Below, piece by piece: positions 24,119 through 36,906 of a stretch of DNA of 64,000 bases (positions are counted from its first letter, which is position 1; the number at the start of each line of letters is the position of its first letter). The position numbers and the translations under genes are program-made. The stretch lies in assembly GCA_001179505.1 (NCBI GenBank), contig CDMY01000259.1:62001-126000 (forward strand), in the 5' to 3' direction. The stretch comes from Vitrella brassicaformis CCMP3155 (taxonomy: Eukaryota > Protista > Chromerida). Below the pieces are notes generated by a model. That model did no database searches. It saw only the letters and a list, made by a program, of their open reading frames with translations, and was not told where the DNA came from.

Positions 24119-25164
24119 ATGGCACCTCCAACTTCTGGCGTGTTGTGTTGGTGCAGCGTCAGCTATGTGCACGGTCGCAATGGCGCCACGCGAGCATTCC
24201 CTGTGGGCTTCTCGCGTGCAGACGTCCAAGTCGAGGGCAACGACTCCACTGCGGCGGCCATGGAGGCCATCAAGCTGCGCAACCAGCATGCCAAGAAGCT
24301 CGGCCTTCCCCTCTTCGACTGAAGTATATGCGTCGGTGCGGCTGCCGGCTCACGGCAAGAATGTGTTTCTGCTGGGTAAGGTGCGAGTGCACTGGCGGTG
24401 GATCGTGCTGCCGGCCTACGGGTACATCACGGAGGCGGCTCATGTGGACTACTACGACAACGTGGAGTCGCGGCTGGTGTCAGTCAGTCAGTCTACCGCA
24501 CACCGGCACTGCCGCCCGAGCCACAAGTGAATGTGGAGGTCTATAGTGTTGTGGTCAACTTCTCGCCGAAGCTTCAGGTGAGTCGGGGAACAGACAGGCA
24601 AATATTCCGATCATGCATCTGCCTGCGTGTAGTGTGGCTGCTCTTCTGCGTCGTTTGTCAGATCCACCGACACGTCAGAGTTTGTGTTCTCTCTAAAGAG
24701 AGCGCGGCGTCGATGACGATCAGCGTCCCCGAGCCGGTCATGGGCCTCTCCCACACCCCTGCCACCGACTGGGTCCTCTCACACCCGCCTGTGCTCCTGT
24801 CCAGCCGCATCGCTCTCACCATCACCTTACCGAGGCCGCGGAGGGCCAATAAATCGGCGGCCACCTGACGCGCCCCCGCTACACCCCTGCGCCATCTGTG
24901 TGTATCGTCACTCACGAAGGGCGAGATTGGGAAGACACTCACCGTGGAGACACTCGTCTGCTGCACCGAGGTGCGTATGCGTGTGTGGATAGATGGGAAG
25001 CACTGGGAAGCAGGATGCCTGAGTGCGTGTCTGTGGTGGTGTTGTGGTGTGTTCAGGTGACGGACACGGTGTGTTATATGAGCCACCTTGTGCGAGACGC
25101 GCCGACACATGAGCGACTTAACCCCTTCCTAAACCGAGACGCCAAGACGCCCGACGAAAAGTGA
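24119..25164 (+). pseudogene. hypothetical spliced gene, probably frameshifted near 24320
   Basis: A GC3-rich frame (SVSYVHGRNG..AIKLRNQHAKKLGLPLFD*) shifts to EVYASVRLPAHGKNVFLLG|gtaagg. Further exon-like blocks with donor sites at ~24578 and an exon ending at 25164. No family recognised. Confidence 0.3.
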
Positions 25165-27989
25165 GCAGATCAAGCGGACACAATCAAGACCCCCAGACGG
25201 CCATCTCTCCCTCCCTCTGTCCATCAGGCTGAGGGCTGCAACGGCATCAGCCGTCAGTGCCGTGGAGCTGCGTATCGTCAGTATCTTGCTCGTCGCCATT
25301 CGCTGCATGCAAGACAGCCCTCCCCGCACCCAACCAACGCCAGGCCCCAACTCACCACATCCCTCCTGCTTAGCCCCGATTCGCCCACCCACGCCACGGC
25401 CATGGTGACACAGCTCTCCAAGGACGACAGCTGGATCGATGAGGGGCTGAGAGACCGCCATGGTGGTCGGGATGATTGGCCGTGCGAGTCGAGCGTCTCC
25501 CTCAGCAGGAGGGTGCCCTTGCTGGGGCCGGGCACGGAGTCAGTGGGATCACCACATGTCGAATGCCCTGGTGTCGCGGATACAGCGGCTGGCGGCCCAT
25601 CCAGGGGCACCAACACGACAGGCTCCCGCTGCCGAGATTCGACTCAGCACAGCGGCTGATGTTCGCCCGTCAGCACGCGAGGCGCCACCTGCCGACCTTT
25701 GACTATGGGGATCGAACAGCGGGCGTCCCGTGGCCACGGGCAACGGCCTCTACGGCGTTTCTGATCGCAGCCCTTCTCCCATCTCGCAAACCCACCATAT
25801 CTCGACAGACGTCACGGCAGCCCTCGCAGCTGGAAAGAGTGGGGAGCGAATGCGCCATGGCCGTCATTGGGCGGGTCTGCCAGATGCTGCCCGCCCCGGA
25901 GGTGCGGGCGCCTAACGCACCACTCCCTGGCTGCGTTCGATGCCGCGTCGTTTGTCAGCTACCGGGCGGCATCCGCCTGAGTGCTGGCTGGTTTAAGAGA
26001 GATGGAGGCTCTTGAGATGCTCATTCCGGCGTTACAGCTGTTCGCTCTGCTGGACGCGTGTTTGCCGCCGCCAACGAGAGAGGACGAGACCCCCACGCCG
26101 CACAGAGAGACCGGCGGCCTGCCCCACGTGGCCATACTGTCAACCCGTCTGGGCAACGGCATCGTGCTCGCAGCTGGGGCGTCCGTCGGCTCTCATTAGG
26201 GCTACTCCCACCCCCTCGTCAGCATCCCAGAGATCGCTGGAGGTGCGTCTCGACAACGTGCCTCGAGAATACCACCATGACGACTCAGGCATCTTCCCCA
26301 GCCCGCCAAGCTTTTCCTGGAGGTCTTCTTGCGCACACTGTTGCGGGGCGACACAGCCACGAGCACCAGCCCGCCGCCCCGCCGGCTGGGGACGGCCGAG
26401 CCGCCCACACTCGAGCGGCGGCACTCTCAGAGACGCAGGAGCGAGACCCTGCAGCCCCCTACCTTTGCCCTGGTGAAGCCGGCCCAGTGCCTGACCATCA
26501 ATGTGTCTTCCGAGCACCTGCACCTCATTCTGCAGCTCCCAAGCACTCCCCAGATGGACAGTGCGCATACGACGAGGGGCATTGCCCGGCAGCTCTCGTC
26601 GGTATGGCTGACCAAGGCAACTGCGGGTAAAGGGGGATGGCGCGGAGAGATGGCAGCTGTGTTTGGTTGCGAGGAGGGGGGGCAGCGGCCTGGCGAAATC
26701 CGTCCCGAGGTCGCGGCAGCTGTCGCGGAGCCACGCGAAAGATAGGGGTACACGAATTGGCGTCCATGTGCAGGTGAGTAAGCGGGGGCACCAGGGACGA
26801 AATACAGACAGACAGACAGACAGACCACACTCCATGTATACTGTTTGTCATTGTCAGGCGGTTGGGTGTCACGTCAAGTTCGCCGCGTGGGTACTCGTTG
26901 AGACTCGGGGGGCCAAGGCATGCCGCACCCACTGCACTCTTCCTGAGGGTGAGTCAGACGCACAGACGAGATGGGTGGCTGTGCTGCATGGTGGGTATGT
27001 GGCGTCTGTGTGAATCGTCAGGAGTGCCGGCGATGGGCACCGCTGGCCCTCTCATATTCAACCCGATCAGTGCGTCAACATCGACCTCTCCCCCTACTCC
27101 CTCCGCACACCCACGCCCCCATCCCTCCACTCACCGCCAAACCGGCCCCGGCAGAGGGCGACCCCTGTGTGTGTACGGTGCCCATTCAGTCAGCTGTATG
27201 TCCTTCGCGAGACTGCCTGAGGGGGTGGGCGTGATGACATATGAGTGAATGGCATCATGTGATGGTTGTTTGTGACGGCTGTCTGTCTGTCTGTCTGGCG
27301 TTGGCAATGCACTGAATGGTCCGGACATGTGTGTCTTCTTTTCGTTCTCCCTTCTGTTGGCCGCGCTGCCTAGCTCAGCCCACGGTGCTAGCGTCGACGT
27401 GTGAGTGCCCCTGAGACGGGTGTGAGTTGTTGATGCTTGGCTGTGGGCGACACAGCGCGGCCCTTTTGCTTGTCGGACATGTGCGGCCCCCACACGTGTG
27501 TGTGTATGCATTGCATCCATCGTCGTGTGCTGACTAACTTGAGATCTCCACGAGTGAATCTCTCTGACTTAATCCATTTGTGCCTTCCTGACGCCTCCTT
27601 GCAGTGCCATTGGCTCAGTGTATGTATACTCTGTGTGTGTATTACCTGATTGCACGACTAGAGAGCTGTTTTGTTAGCCATCTGACTGACGTACCACTTG
27701 ATCTGCCGGCCTTCGCAAGGCGGCCGGGGACCTCTTTACCTGACAGACAGACAGACAGGGCGATTCCTTGACTTAGAACAGCCGCCGGACCGGTAGCCAT
27801 CGTACCCTGAGATTCGCTGTGGATTGTCGCGATGCCTCTCAAAAGACCTCAACCAGCACTGGCCGCCGGCTTTGCGCTGTCCCTCAGATTAAAATTGTCC
27901 AAGACCAACACCAACACAATAGTGAACCAACACAGAGAGAGCAGCCATAATGATTGCAAAACGGCAAGGCGCCAGCGAAGCGCCAGTGC

Positions 27990-28067
27990 GAAGCCCCATG
28001 GCAGCACGTCTGAGGTGCTCCTTTCGTACTTTGCCTCTCCCGCAAAGGACAGGCGCCGCCACAGCGG
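27990..28067 (+). repeat. dispersed copy of the 5' end of the 15370(-) kinase gene (SEVxxSYFASxAKxxRRHS)
   Basis: GAAGCCCCATGGCAGCACGTCTGAGGTGCTCCTTTCGTACTTTGCCTCTCCCGCAAAGGACAGGCGCCGCCACAGCG matches the reverse complement of 15309-15387 (GAAGCCCCATTAGCAAGATGTCTGAGGTGCCCTCGTCCTACTTTGCCTCCGCAGCCAAGGAGAAGCGCCGCCACAGCG). The ATG is ACG in this copy. Confidence 0.8.
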
Positions 28068-28437
28068 CCAACCCACACAGGCGCCTGGGTGCTGAGGATG
28101 GTGCTGGTATGTTTGTCCGTGATTGAGGGTTGGCTGATTGACCCTGTTCATTTCGTGAGAGACCGACAGACTCTGCCTGCCGCTATGAGTAAAGTATTTT
28201 CACACCTACACAACCTGGCCATGAGTCGCTCATCTGCTTTCAGGGCCTCCGTGGGGCCGCCCACGGGTGGTGTGCCATGACACGGGCAGACTGTGGGCAG
28301 CAATCATTCAGCGTCTCGTGTGTCTATGAGCAGGCCAAGTCAACAGAGCAAGACGTCTGGCAAAATTGAAAGAACGGCACAAATGGGAATCATCACACAG
28401 CTACACAGCAGGCTACGTCACACACTCAATTAATTAC

Positions 28438-31400
28438 CTAGCCTCCCTGGCTCCCTCCCACTGGTGCCCCTCCCACTCCCCCTCCCCCCGGCTGTCCTCC
28501 TCCTTGTCCACCACGGCCATCCCCACCACCACGACCCATCCCGCCGCCACGTCCCGCAGCCGCAGAGGGCGGACCACTCGGAGAGGAGCCCAACGACGCG
28601 AAGGGTGGTACACTGGACGGGTGCACGGAGAGCGCTGCAGGGCGAGGGCCAGGGAGGGGATATAGTCGGCTGAGCGAGCGAGCAGCGGGTCGGTGTATGG
28701 TGAGCGTCGGGCGCACGTTGGGCATGGCGGGCTGGGGAGTCCGCACGACGGAAGCTGGTGCTGACGAGGGGCCGGAAAACACCCCACCACCACCATGGCC
28801 AGCAGAGAAGTGCAAGAATGCCACACAGACAGGACGCCACAGCTATGTCGAGTTGTACGCCAGCAGGCTCATGCATACCTGGACGGATTGTATGTTGCGG
28901 AGCGTCCGGGTCGGCAGAACCATCTCCCGGTGGAAGGCCCCCTGAGGGTCCCCAATGGCGACTGACAGCATGCAAAACAGACCAATGACTCATTCACACA
29001 TCGATTGCAACGGTGTCCGGTCAGCGAACCTTGGGGTGCAGCTGTCATGGTCTGATCGGTCGTCCATCGGTCGAAGTCCAGCCACAGGTCGGTCCGGCTC
29101 GGCCGACCCACAAACTCACGGGCACGTCCAGTCCCTGTGCACAGAGAAAGGGCTGAGACGATTGGTGCGGCGCCAGCCCGCATTACTCACCTCCTGCAGC
29201 CTCAGACGAAGTGAGTATCTGACGCGACGAGTGCACCACACGGCCTGTTGACGCACATCCAGACAGACAGACAGGCAAATCGTGTGTGTGTGTGTGTGTG
29301 GTGTTGCGTGGTGGTGGCGGTGTGTGTACCTGAGTGGTCGACGGTCGCCACAGCATCCACACGACCACCTGTGCAGTGAATCCATCCATACACACGCCCC
29401 AGTCAGTGGATTGAGCGTGGTTGTGCCGCCGTCGTTCTCTCTCACCTGCACGGGCAGAACTCGCAGCACCGACAGCAGCAGCAGCAGCCGATGTGTCGTC
29501 ACCGACAACAGCACCATTTGACGCACAGACAAGGACCACACACACACCATCGGTGGATGGATGGATGGATGTGAGTGTCGCTTCCTCTGATTCTGCATAT
29601 ACCAGCATGCGATCGTGGAGCACCAGCTGCTCGGGATACGGGGGCGCCGGACATGGCTCGATGGGTGCGGGCAGACGGCACCAACAGACTGGGCACAGAC
29701 GAATAGGCGGGAGGAGATGCCTGTAAGTCATGAGAAAGCGACACACAGAGCCCATCCATTGTGTTGCATGTGGGCAGACTCACGCAAGCTCGTCAGGGCA
29801 TACCTGAAACGACTGAATCGTCTGTAACATGTTGGCTGCACTCGGTGTCATCGGGCCGGCGACAGTGCGGGTGTAGACGCCCTCGGGGTCCAATGCACGA
29901 ACTGGCAGAAAGCAAAAGCAAACAATTGTGACACTCGATATCGGCCCGCTGCCCACATCAACGAACCTTGATGCGCCACCGTAAGGATTTCCTGCATCTG
30001 CAAGCCGGCGACGAGGATGAGGGTGTTGAGTTGGGCCTGCAGGGAGGCGAGATTGCCGCCACCGCCACCCGCCATACCCCCTGTTTGCGAAGGAGAGAGA
30101 GGGGGGAGGGACGTATAAGTGGCTGGCTGACGATTTCTCGTTGGCTGTCTGTGTGTGTACCTGAAGCCGCGCTGCCCCCAGCAATGAGATGCTCATGCGA
30201 TGGATCGACAACAGAACCTGACAGAGAGACAGACACGACACACATGGACACGTAGGTGGATGGATGGGTTGCTTACTGCGATGGTCACGATCTGTGTGAG
30301 CCGCAATGAGTGCCTGGTCATCCGATGGGGCACGACCATCACCTGACACACACCAACACACACTTAGGCAAGACCACACCGTTTTCCACCCCCTCTCCCA
30401 TCATCCATCCATCCATACCTTGCTGCGCTGTAGTAGGTGCGATGGCTACGTCAGAGCCCGCAGATGGCTCGGCCAGCGCCGCCGTCTCACCGCCCCCGCC
30501 TCCAAACACACACACATCGAATGTCGGGTGTGCTCTCCCCTGTGTTGACGAACGACCTACGTGTCTGTGAGGTCTGCAGTGGCATGCACAGTCGCTCGTC
30601 CACCGCATCATTGCCGTCAGCTGACACACAGACAGGGCAGAAAGGAACGTCGTGGTGCCCTTCTGTGCCTTGTGTGTGATAATGTTCGGTTCGCCCACTC
30701 CAGGGCTGAAGTGGGCGAAGCGAACGACCCAGCGGCACCCGTCCTGATGCGAAACGACATACATCAGACAGACACGTCAGTGCACACACCATCCTCAGTC
30801 AGCACTATCCGCTCACCGCTGCTTCTGGAAGGCGGGCCGGGGGCCTCTGACGGGCGAACGTCGTCTCGCATCAAACCTGCAGCACACACAACACACATGT
30901 GTGTGTCTATCAGCATGCCTGTGTTCTGAGCATCTCACTCGGCACACTGGAAGACGATGCTGCCGCTGCTGCCGCTGCACTTGCACTCGCACTCGCCTGC
31001 ACACACACAGTCCCACACACAGAGATGCACACAGACGGCATGCCGCCAATCGACGCATCGAAGTTCCCATCCTCCCGTCCGTCCAGCCATCCCATCCCAC
31101 CTGTCTGGCGTTGGCCTCTTCCTCCATCCGCTGGCGCGCCTCCTCTTGACGCCTCTTCTGCTCCTCCTCGACTTCCCTGACCAGGGCTTCGAGCTTTTCG
31201 GGCTCCAGCTGGGGGCCCTCCGCAATCTCACGCCGCATCTGACACCACACACACACACACACACGGACACATGTCAATACATGGACCCCTCCGCTCCCAC
31301 ACCCACACCCACCCACCCACCCACTTACCGACTCTGGGGTTGGGAAGAACTCGTCATCGGCGGCCACGTAGCCCCTTTGTCGCTGCTGTATGCTGGCCAA

Positions 31401-31727
31401 GTAGGTGGCCATGCGCGTGTGGTGGATGTACAGGTCGTGCAGGAGGGCGTCCAGGTCTGGGTCGGGTTCGACGTGTCTGGTGTGGGCGAAGAGCCGCACG
31501 AGGGTGGGGAGGATGTCGGCGAGGCGGTCGCGCTGGACGGCCGTGTGGGTGACAGCGTGCAGATCCAGCTCGTGTGGGCGGATGGGCAGCCCTCGCGCAT
31601 AAGTCAGCAGCCCGGTCAAGTCAGCGATCTGACAACGGAAGGATAGGACAGGACAGGAAAGGTAAGGCCACCCATACACACACCTGTCTGATCGATCCCC
31701 AACCCTCCTCTCTCTCTCCCTCCCTCC

Positions 31728-31764
<37 letters not shown>

Positions 31765-34409
31765 TGTGTATGACACTGCTTACGTTACTGAGGGTGTATG
31801 CGATGCCCCGCTGGTCCCCATCCAAGAGTTCCGTCAGCACCAGGTCGAGCAGGCTGATGGCCATCCGCCGCACGGCACCAGGCAGGTCCATCGTCTCAAA
31901 AGTGGTGTCGTCATACAGGCGGTATCGTGCGTGGTCCAATGTCAGCCGATCGATGACCATCCGCCACACGGCTATGTTGGGCATGCTGGCGCCGCGAGTG
32001 ACCAGCAGGAAGCAGATGTGGGGCATGGCGCGGGGCAGGTCGGTCAGGGAAGAGAAGGCGTTGTTGAGCTGACGTGCCTGAACGACAAACACGAATGCCA
32101 TCCATCCATCCACCCCTCTCTCCCTCAGTCGTCCGCTCACCCAGTACTGGAGGGAGCGTGGGTCGGTGGTGACGCTGGTCATGCCCTGGAAGGCCTCGGC
32201 CACGAGAAGCATCGCCTCGCGCGTCTCGGCAGGGTGCAGCAGAGGGCCGAAGAGGGTGTGGAACAGCATGTCCACTTGCGGAATGGTGGCGCGGCGGGGG
32301 TCGATGCCGTCAGCGACTGTTGTGGTAGCAGTTTCCTGGAGTTGCGGCGCGCTTGTGGCGCGGCGCAGCTGGCGGCTTGTGCTGAAGCCGATGGGGTAGC
32401 TCTCTCCCGCCGGGATGAGATCCTGCTGGTAGGTCAGCTCCCCGTCATCGTCATTGTTGGCCGGAGCGCTGCCCCAGTCGTAATCGTCGTCATTGGCCGG
32501 TGCAGGCTGCTCTGACGGCTGCTGCTGCTGACGGGGCTGCTGCTGACAACACACACGCCCCAGCCAGCAACACACGTGCCTATGTGTGCCCATCCGTCTG
32601 TCTGAATGTGTTCAGGGTGTTGTGGTGCCCACGTTGGCCGCCGGTAGGGAGTTGCCCGAGCCCAAGTCGTCGTCCGAATCATCGTCACCGTTCCTGCCTG
32701 CCGACACAGACACGGGGGCCACGATGAGCTCCTGCGACTGGGAAGGGACGAACGGTGCGATCTTGGGCATCTGCACATCCTTGAGCGGCTCCTCCTTGGC
32801 AGTGTGGATGTCGGTGTCCTTGGTAGTGCTGACCATGGTGACGGCGGGGGCGCCGGCGGACTTCTCGGGGTCCTCCGCAACACTCGCGCCTGACGCATGG
32901 CACATGCAGGGAAAGGTGAGGGGTTTAGGTGGTGACCAGCGAGTCGCGTGCGTACCCGCAGCAGCAGGGGCCGTCTTCTTGTTGTTGTCTGTGTTGTTCT
33001 TGTCCTTGGCCTCCTTGTCAACACTACCAGCTACTGAACAACACACACAGACATCCACAGAGAAGGGCACAGTGATGAGTGAGTGGTCCGTCCGTCCGTC
33101 CTGTCTTCTCCGTGTTGGCTGTGGGTGGCTTGTAACCTTTGTTCTCGCATGCTGCTGCTGCTGCTGCTGCTCGGTGCGATTCTCCCCCTCCCCCTCCTCT
33201 CCCTTCTGACCCTCAGCCGTCCCCTCCTCACCGCACACGCCCACACCCACACCCTCACCCTCACACGATCCATCAACTCCAAGACCAACAGCGACGTCAG
33301 GGGGCGACACCTGCTCGCCGCCCTCGCCACACGCAACAGCTCCCTCCTCACCCTCCCCCTCCCTGCCCTTGGCATCGTCCTTGGCCGCCTGGCCGTGGTC
33401 GTCGTCAGCTGTGTGGCCCTTGTCGATGTGGTGCTGGTCGACGGTCTGTGCGCCTTGTTCGGGTTTCGTCACGACGGGCGAGGCGGGTGGGCTTGCGCTC
33501 TCGATGAGCTGCTCGTGCTGCTTGACCATGGCCTCCACGGTGCACTTGGGCGGGCGTGAGGGGGGCTGTGGGGGTGTGGTGCGCTCGAGGGCGTCATTGC
33601 TGTGGTCGGATGGTGTCTGGAACTCCTGCTGCTGCTGCTGCTGCTGTTGGTCAGCCTGCCGTCCGCCGTCGCCATCGGTCTCCTCTGCGGGTTGGTTGCT
33701 GTCCTCTGGCTGGACGGCGGGTGACTCGTCCACAGTGGCATCAGCTGCGCACAGACAAACACATAGAGAGGGGGAGAAGACGGGAAACGTGTGGCAGAGG
33801 GGTGTAGTGGTGTTGTCTGATGGTGCAGTGGTGTGGAGGGGTGTGCGGCGGTGGTGGCGAGGCCTCTCTGACGTGTTGCTGACCCCAACGTGGTGGCGCG
33901 CGACCCCTCTGACCACGTGTGTGTGCTGGTCTACACCCCCTGCCCCTTCCCCCCCGCTCACCGGGCTGCTCGTGTGGTTTGCTCTCGGTGTTTAGCTGTT
34001 CTTGGTTGCCGTCGTTGCCCTCTCCCTGCTGGTCTCCGTCGACGGCACCAGCCTCCTGGTGCTCGGTGGTGGTGATGTGGCCGTTCTCGGCTGTGGGCTG
34101 CTGTTGCTGCGCCTCAGGGGAGTCGCCACCGTCTTGACCGACAGGGGAGGGGTCTGCACACACGCGCACCACACCCCCCCCCCCACACACATACAACACC
34201 ATGTTGGACGCGAGACACGTGTGGCGTGTGGTGCGGTGTGTGAGGGTGTGTTTTGGCTGTGTGTGGGTGTGCGGTGGTGTGTGGTGTCGGCGCTAGAGGG
34301 TGTGTGATGAGATGCCGGGCTGGCGTGGACGTGGGGAGGTGTCTTGGTGTCTGCCCGTGCCACCCGTGCCCGTCTCCGTACCTTGCTCGCCGTGTTCTTG
34401 GTCTGACAT
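28438..34409 (-). CDS. large multi-exon hypothetical protein: acidic low-complexity N-terminus, lineage-specific helical domain, coiled-coil, Cys cluster, Gly-rich end (may be two genes)
   Basis: MSDQEHGEQ|gtacgg start at 34409. Consecutive in-frame exons with canonical splice sites (DPSPVGQDGG.., ADATVDESPAV.., QQPRQQQQPSEQ..DPRSLQYW, ARQLNNAF..AYTLSN, IADLTG..FPTPES, MRREIAEGPQL..). RLCPVCWCRLP at ~29700. The 3' exon chain below ~30 kb is uncertain. Confidence 0.6.
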
Positions 34410-36573
34410 GGTGCGCAGTCTGTCAAGAAGGCCCTTGCCGTGACCGCCTGGCTCAGTGCTCCTCGGGAAACCTCAACACGTCGCCAACCTGGACAGACAT
34501 GCGCACCAAAGACACACAATGCGCCAAATGCATGAGTCTTCCTGCGAGGATCTCCCCTCCTCGCCCTCGCCCGTGCGCCACTGACCCGCTGCCTCTCTCC
34601 CTAGAGGCCTGGCTCCCTGCCCGGATGAATCAGCACGACGCTGTCTGCCTGATGTGGCATGCACTTACCTGGTTTGGTCTCAGGAGCTTCGTGAGGGCTC
34701 CCTGTCGCCACACGTAGAGAGATTGGAACACAGGAAATTCCCGAAAGGAGAGAAAAGGCCGAAAAACTCGGAGGCTCTCGAAGGTCGTCGGCTCGCTCGG
34801 TCTTGAAACCCTAGCCCTGTAGAACCCTGGCGGTTTCTTTCAAAGGAGAGGACGCGAACTGGCCTCATGCAGTGAAGATCTGCCTTGCGTGGAGCTCGTA
34901 TCCGGGGAGAAGGCGAACAACCGCCACATCGGCAAGCTCATCTCACCTCCGATGTGTCGTTCCTCACGCGCTGCACAGCCCTCGCCAACACCTCACCATG
35001 CCCCAGGCAGTCGGCTGCAGCTGCCCAGGGACAACGATCTGCCGCCCTTCCCTCCCCCTCTCTATGACGGCGAGAAGCATAAGCAGAAGGCGGCTGCAGA
35101 GGGCACAGAGGGCACAGAGGGCACAGAGGGCACACAGAGAGAGGGAGGGCATCCATCCATCCATCCATCCATCCATCCATCCATCCATTTTTCCTTTGTG
35201 TTGGTTTTGCGTTCCAGACTCCTGAGGGAAGCGCGAATATAACCCCTCCGTCTGGCCCAGCGCCCACCAAGCCCGTCACTCCACCCCCTCCCCAGGGCGT
35301 GCAGCAGCAGCACCAGCAGCAGCAACCTCCGATGCAGCCACCGCCACCGCCATCGATGAGTGACATGCCCTCAGCGGTCTGAAGCAGCTGAAGATGAACA
35401 CCATCAGCGCTTTCGCCGGCAAGCGCAGACGGCTGCTGGGGGCTCCCTATCCGGGGTTGGCCAGGGATTTCCTCGAGTTCTTCCTGGACCGAATGGACGC
35501 CTTCCCATCCCAGTGGATGAAGAGGGTCATCACTCTGTTGGTCGTGAGTGACAGCTAGACTGTCGTGTAGCCACTGGCTGCCTGGGTAGTAGGGAGGGAG
35601 GGAGGGAGAGAGGGAGGGGTGGTTGTTTTTGTACGTTTGTGCGATGCAATGACATCATCATCGGATGCATGACATGATGGGTGTACAGTAGCCTGACTGT
35701 CCTGTGGATCAGAGACGGATGACTTGCGTGAGGACCAGCGGCTCAGCTCGTCTGCGGCCGTGTGTGAGTCTTTTTGCTCGCTAAGGGGATGACAGCCTTG
35801 TCCCATGCGGTTGCGTCTTTATCCAGCAAACAAGGTGGTATGTCTACTAAGGTAGGCTGCTTCGCATGTGGCTGACGTCTGATGGACTGACAACCGCATT
35901 TGTTTTATGTGGTTGCGGGCACGGCTTTTCCTCATGCACATATCTCTGCCCTGCCCTGTTCTGTGGGCTGCGTATCCTTGGTCCTGTGCTGTCCTCTCAG
36001 CTGTTGTCTGAAGGGGCGATGAGGCCTTCCAATGAATGGCCGTGCAGGGGGGAGACAAGGAAGTGGTGCCCTACGTGTCGTGTTTGGACAGCGGCAGGGT
36101 GCAGTGGTCGATTACGTGCGGCGTGGAGGGCGGGTGCTTGAGCGATGCATGGCTAGAATGTGAACACATTATGGCTTTCGCTCTCGTACATGCCTCTCGT
36201 CGACCACATTGCAAAACTGGCGAAGAAACCCAGGTGGGTCTTCCGTGTGGTGTGTGTGTGTATGGAGGGGACGGGTCGAGAGCAGAGCAACCATTGAGTG
36301 CATTGCCTTGCCAAGTCATTAACGCCATGCACGTACGTGTACGTGTGTCTGTTCATGCATGGTATGCGAGTCAGCCGTGTCGAAAGAGAAGGAAGTGGTT
36401 GCCGCCTTTGGTGGTGCTGTGGATGGTGGCCTCGCAGCGGAGGAGGGAGAGGGCCGCCGCGCGCGGGACATCAGCTCGGAGAAGTGGCGAGCACTCGCTG
36501 CAGACACACACACAGACAGAGAGACATAGACGTTGATGCATGTGTCCATGATCCTGTTATGTGTTCACTGACC

Positions 36574-36622
36574 GTCTGAGGTGCCCTCGTCCTACTTTGC
36601 CTCTGCCGCCACACACAGCGTT
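36574..36622 (+). repeat. third copy of the SEVPSSYFASAA segment
   Basis: GTCTGAGGTGCCCTCGTCCTACTTTGCCTCTGCCGCCA..CACAGCGTTGC, nearly identical to the kinase 5' end with an internal deletion. Confidence 0.8.
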
Positions 36623-36906
36623 GCGCACGTGATGATTCCTCGCTCCATCACTGAGTCTCACCTAGTCTCACCTCGGGAAGGGGCTTCACTCTTTCTCGCT
36701 CGGAATGGCAGATCAATTGCGGCAGATCGAAGGCTCAAAGCGTCAGAAAGGTGTTGGCGGAGGCAAGCGACGTCCGACGGGCCGCTTCACCCTTGCTTTC
36801 GTTCATTTCCTCGCCGATCGCTGCTCGGCTGCCGAGAATTTCGCGACGGGGGCAGAGACGGCCTCCCCTCTTTTTTTTGTTTACTGTATTTTCATGATGT
36901 CGGGCG

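Noticed and set aside
25400-26760. Possible degenerate member of a lineage-specific protein family (several short overlapping ORFs)
   Set aside because: Stops and frameshifts prevent a consistent model and I could not support any family assignment. It is probably a pseudogene but is unsupported.
27705-27727. GC-rich hairpin (GCCGGCCTTCGCAAGGCGGCCGG) suggesting a structured RNA
   Set aside because: It is a single short stem, expected by chance at this GC content, with no tRNA, snRNA or ribozyme context.
34806-34814. Telo-box-like AAACCCTAG upstream of the 34409 gene
   Set aside because: Single occurrence; not a telomeric array.
34952-35382. Small Pro/Gln-rich spliced ORF with a 9-bp GGGCACAGA repeat
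   Set aside because: Low complexity, ambiguous splice sites and no homology cue.
36046-36232. Cys-rich exon-like segment (VPYVSCLDSGRVQWSITCGVEGGCLSDAWLECEH)
   Set aside because: It could not be joined into a gene and has no recognisable metal-binding spacing.
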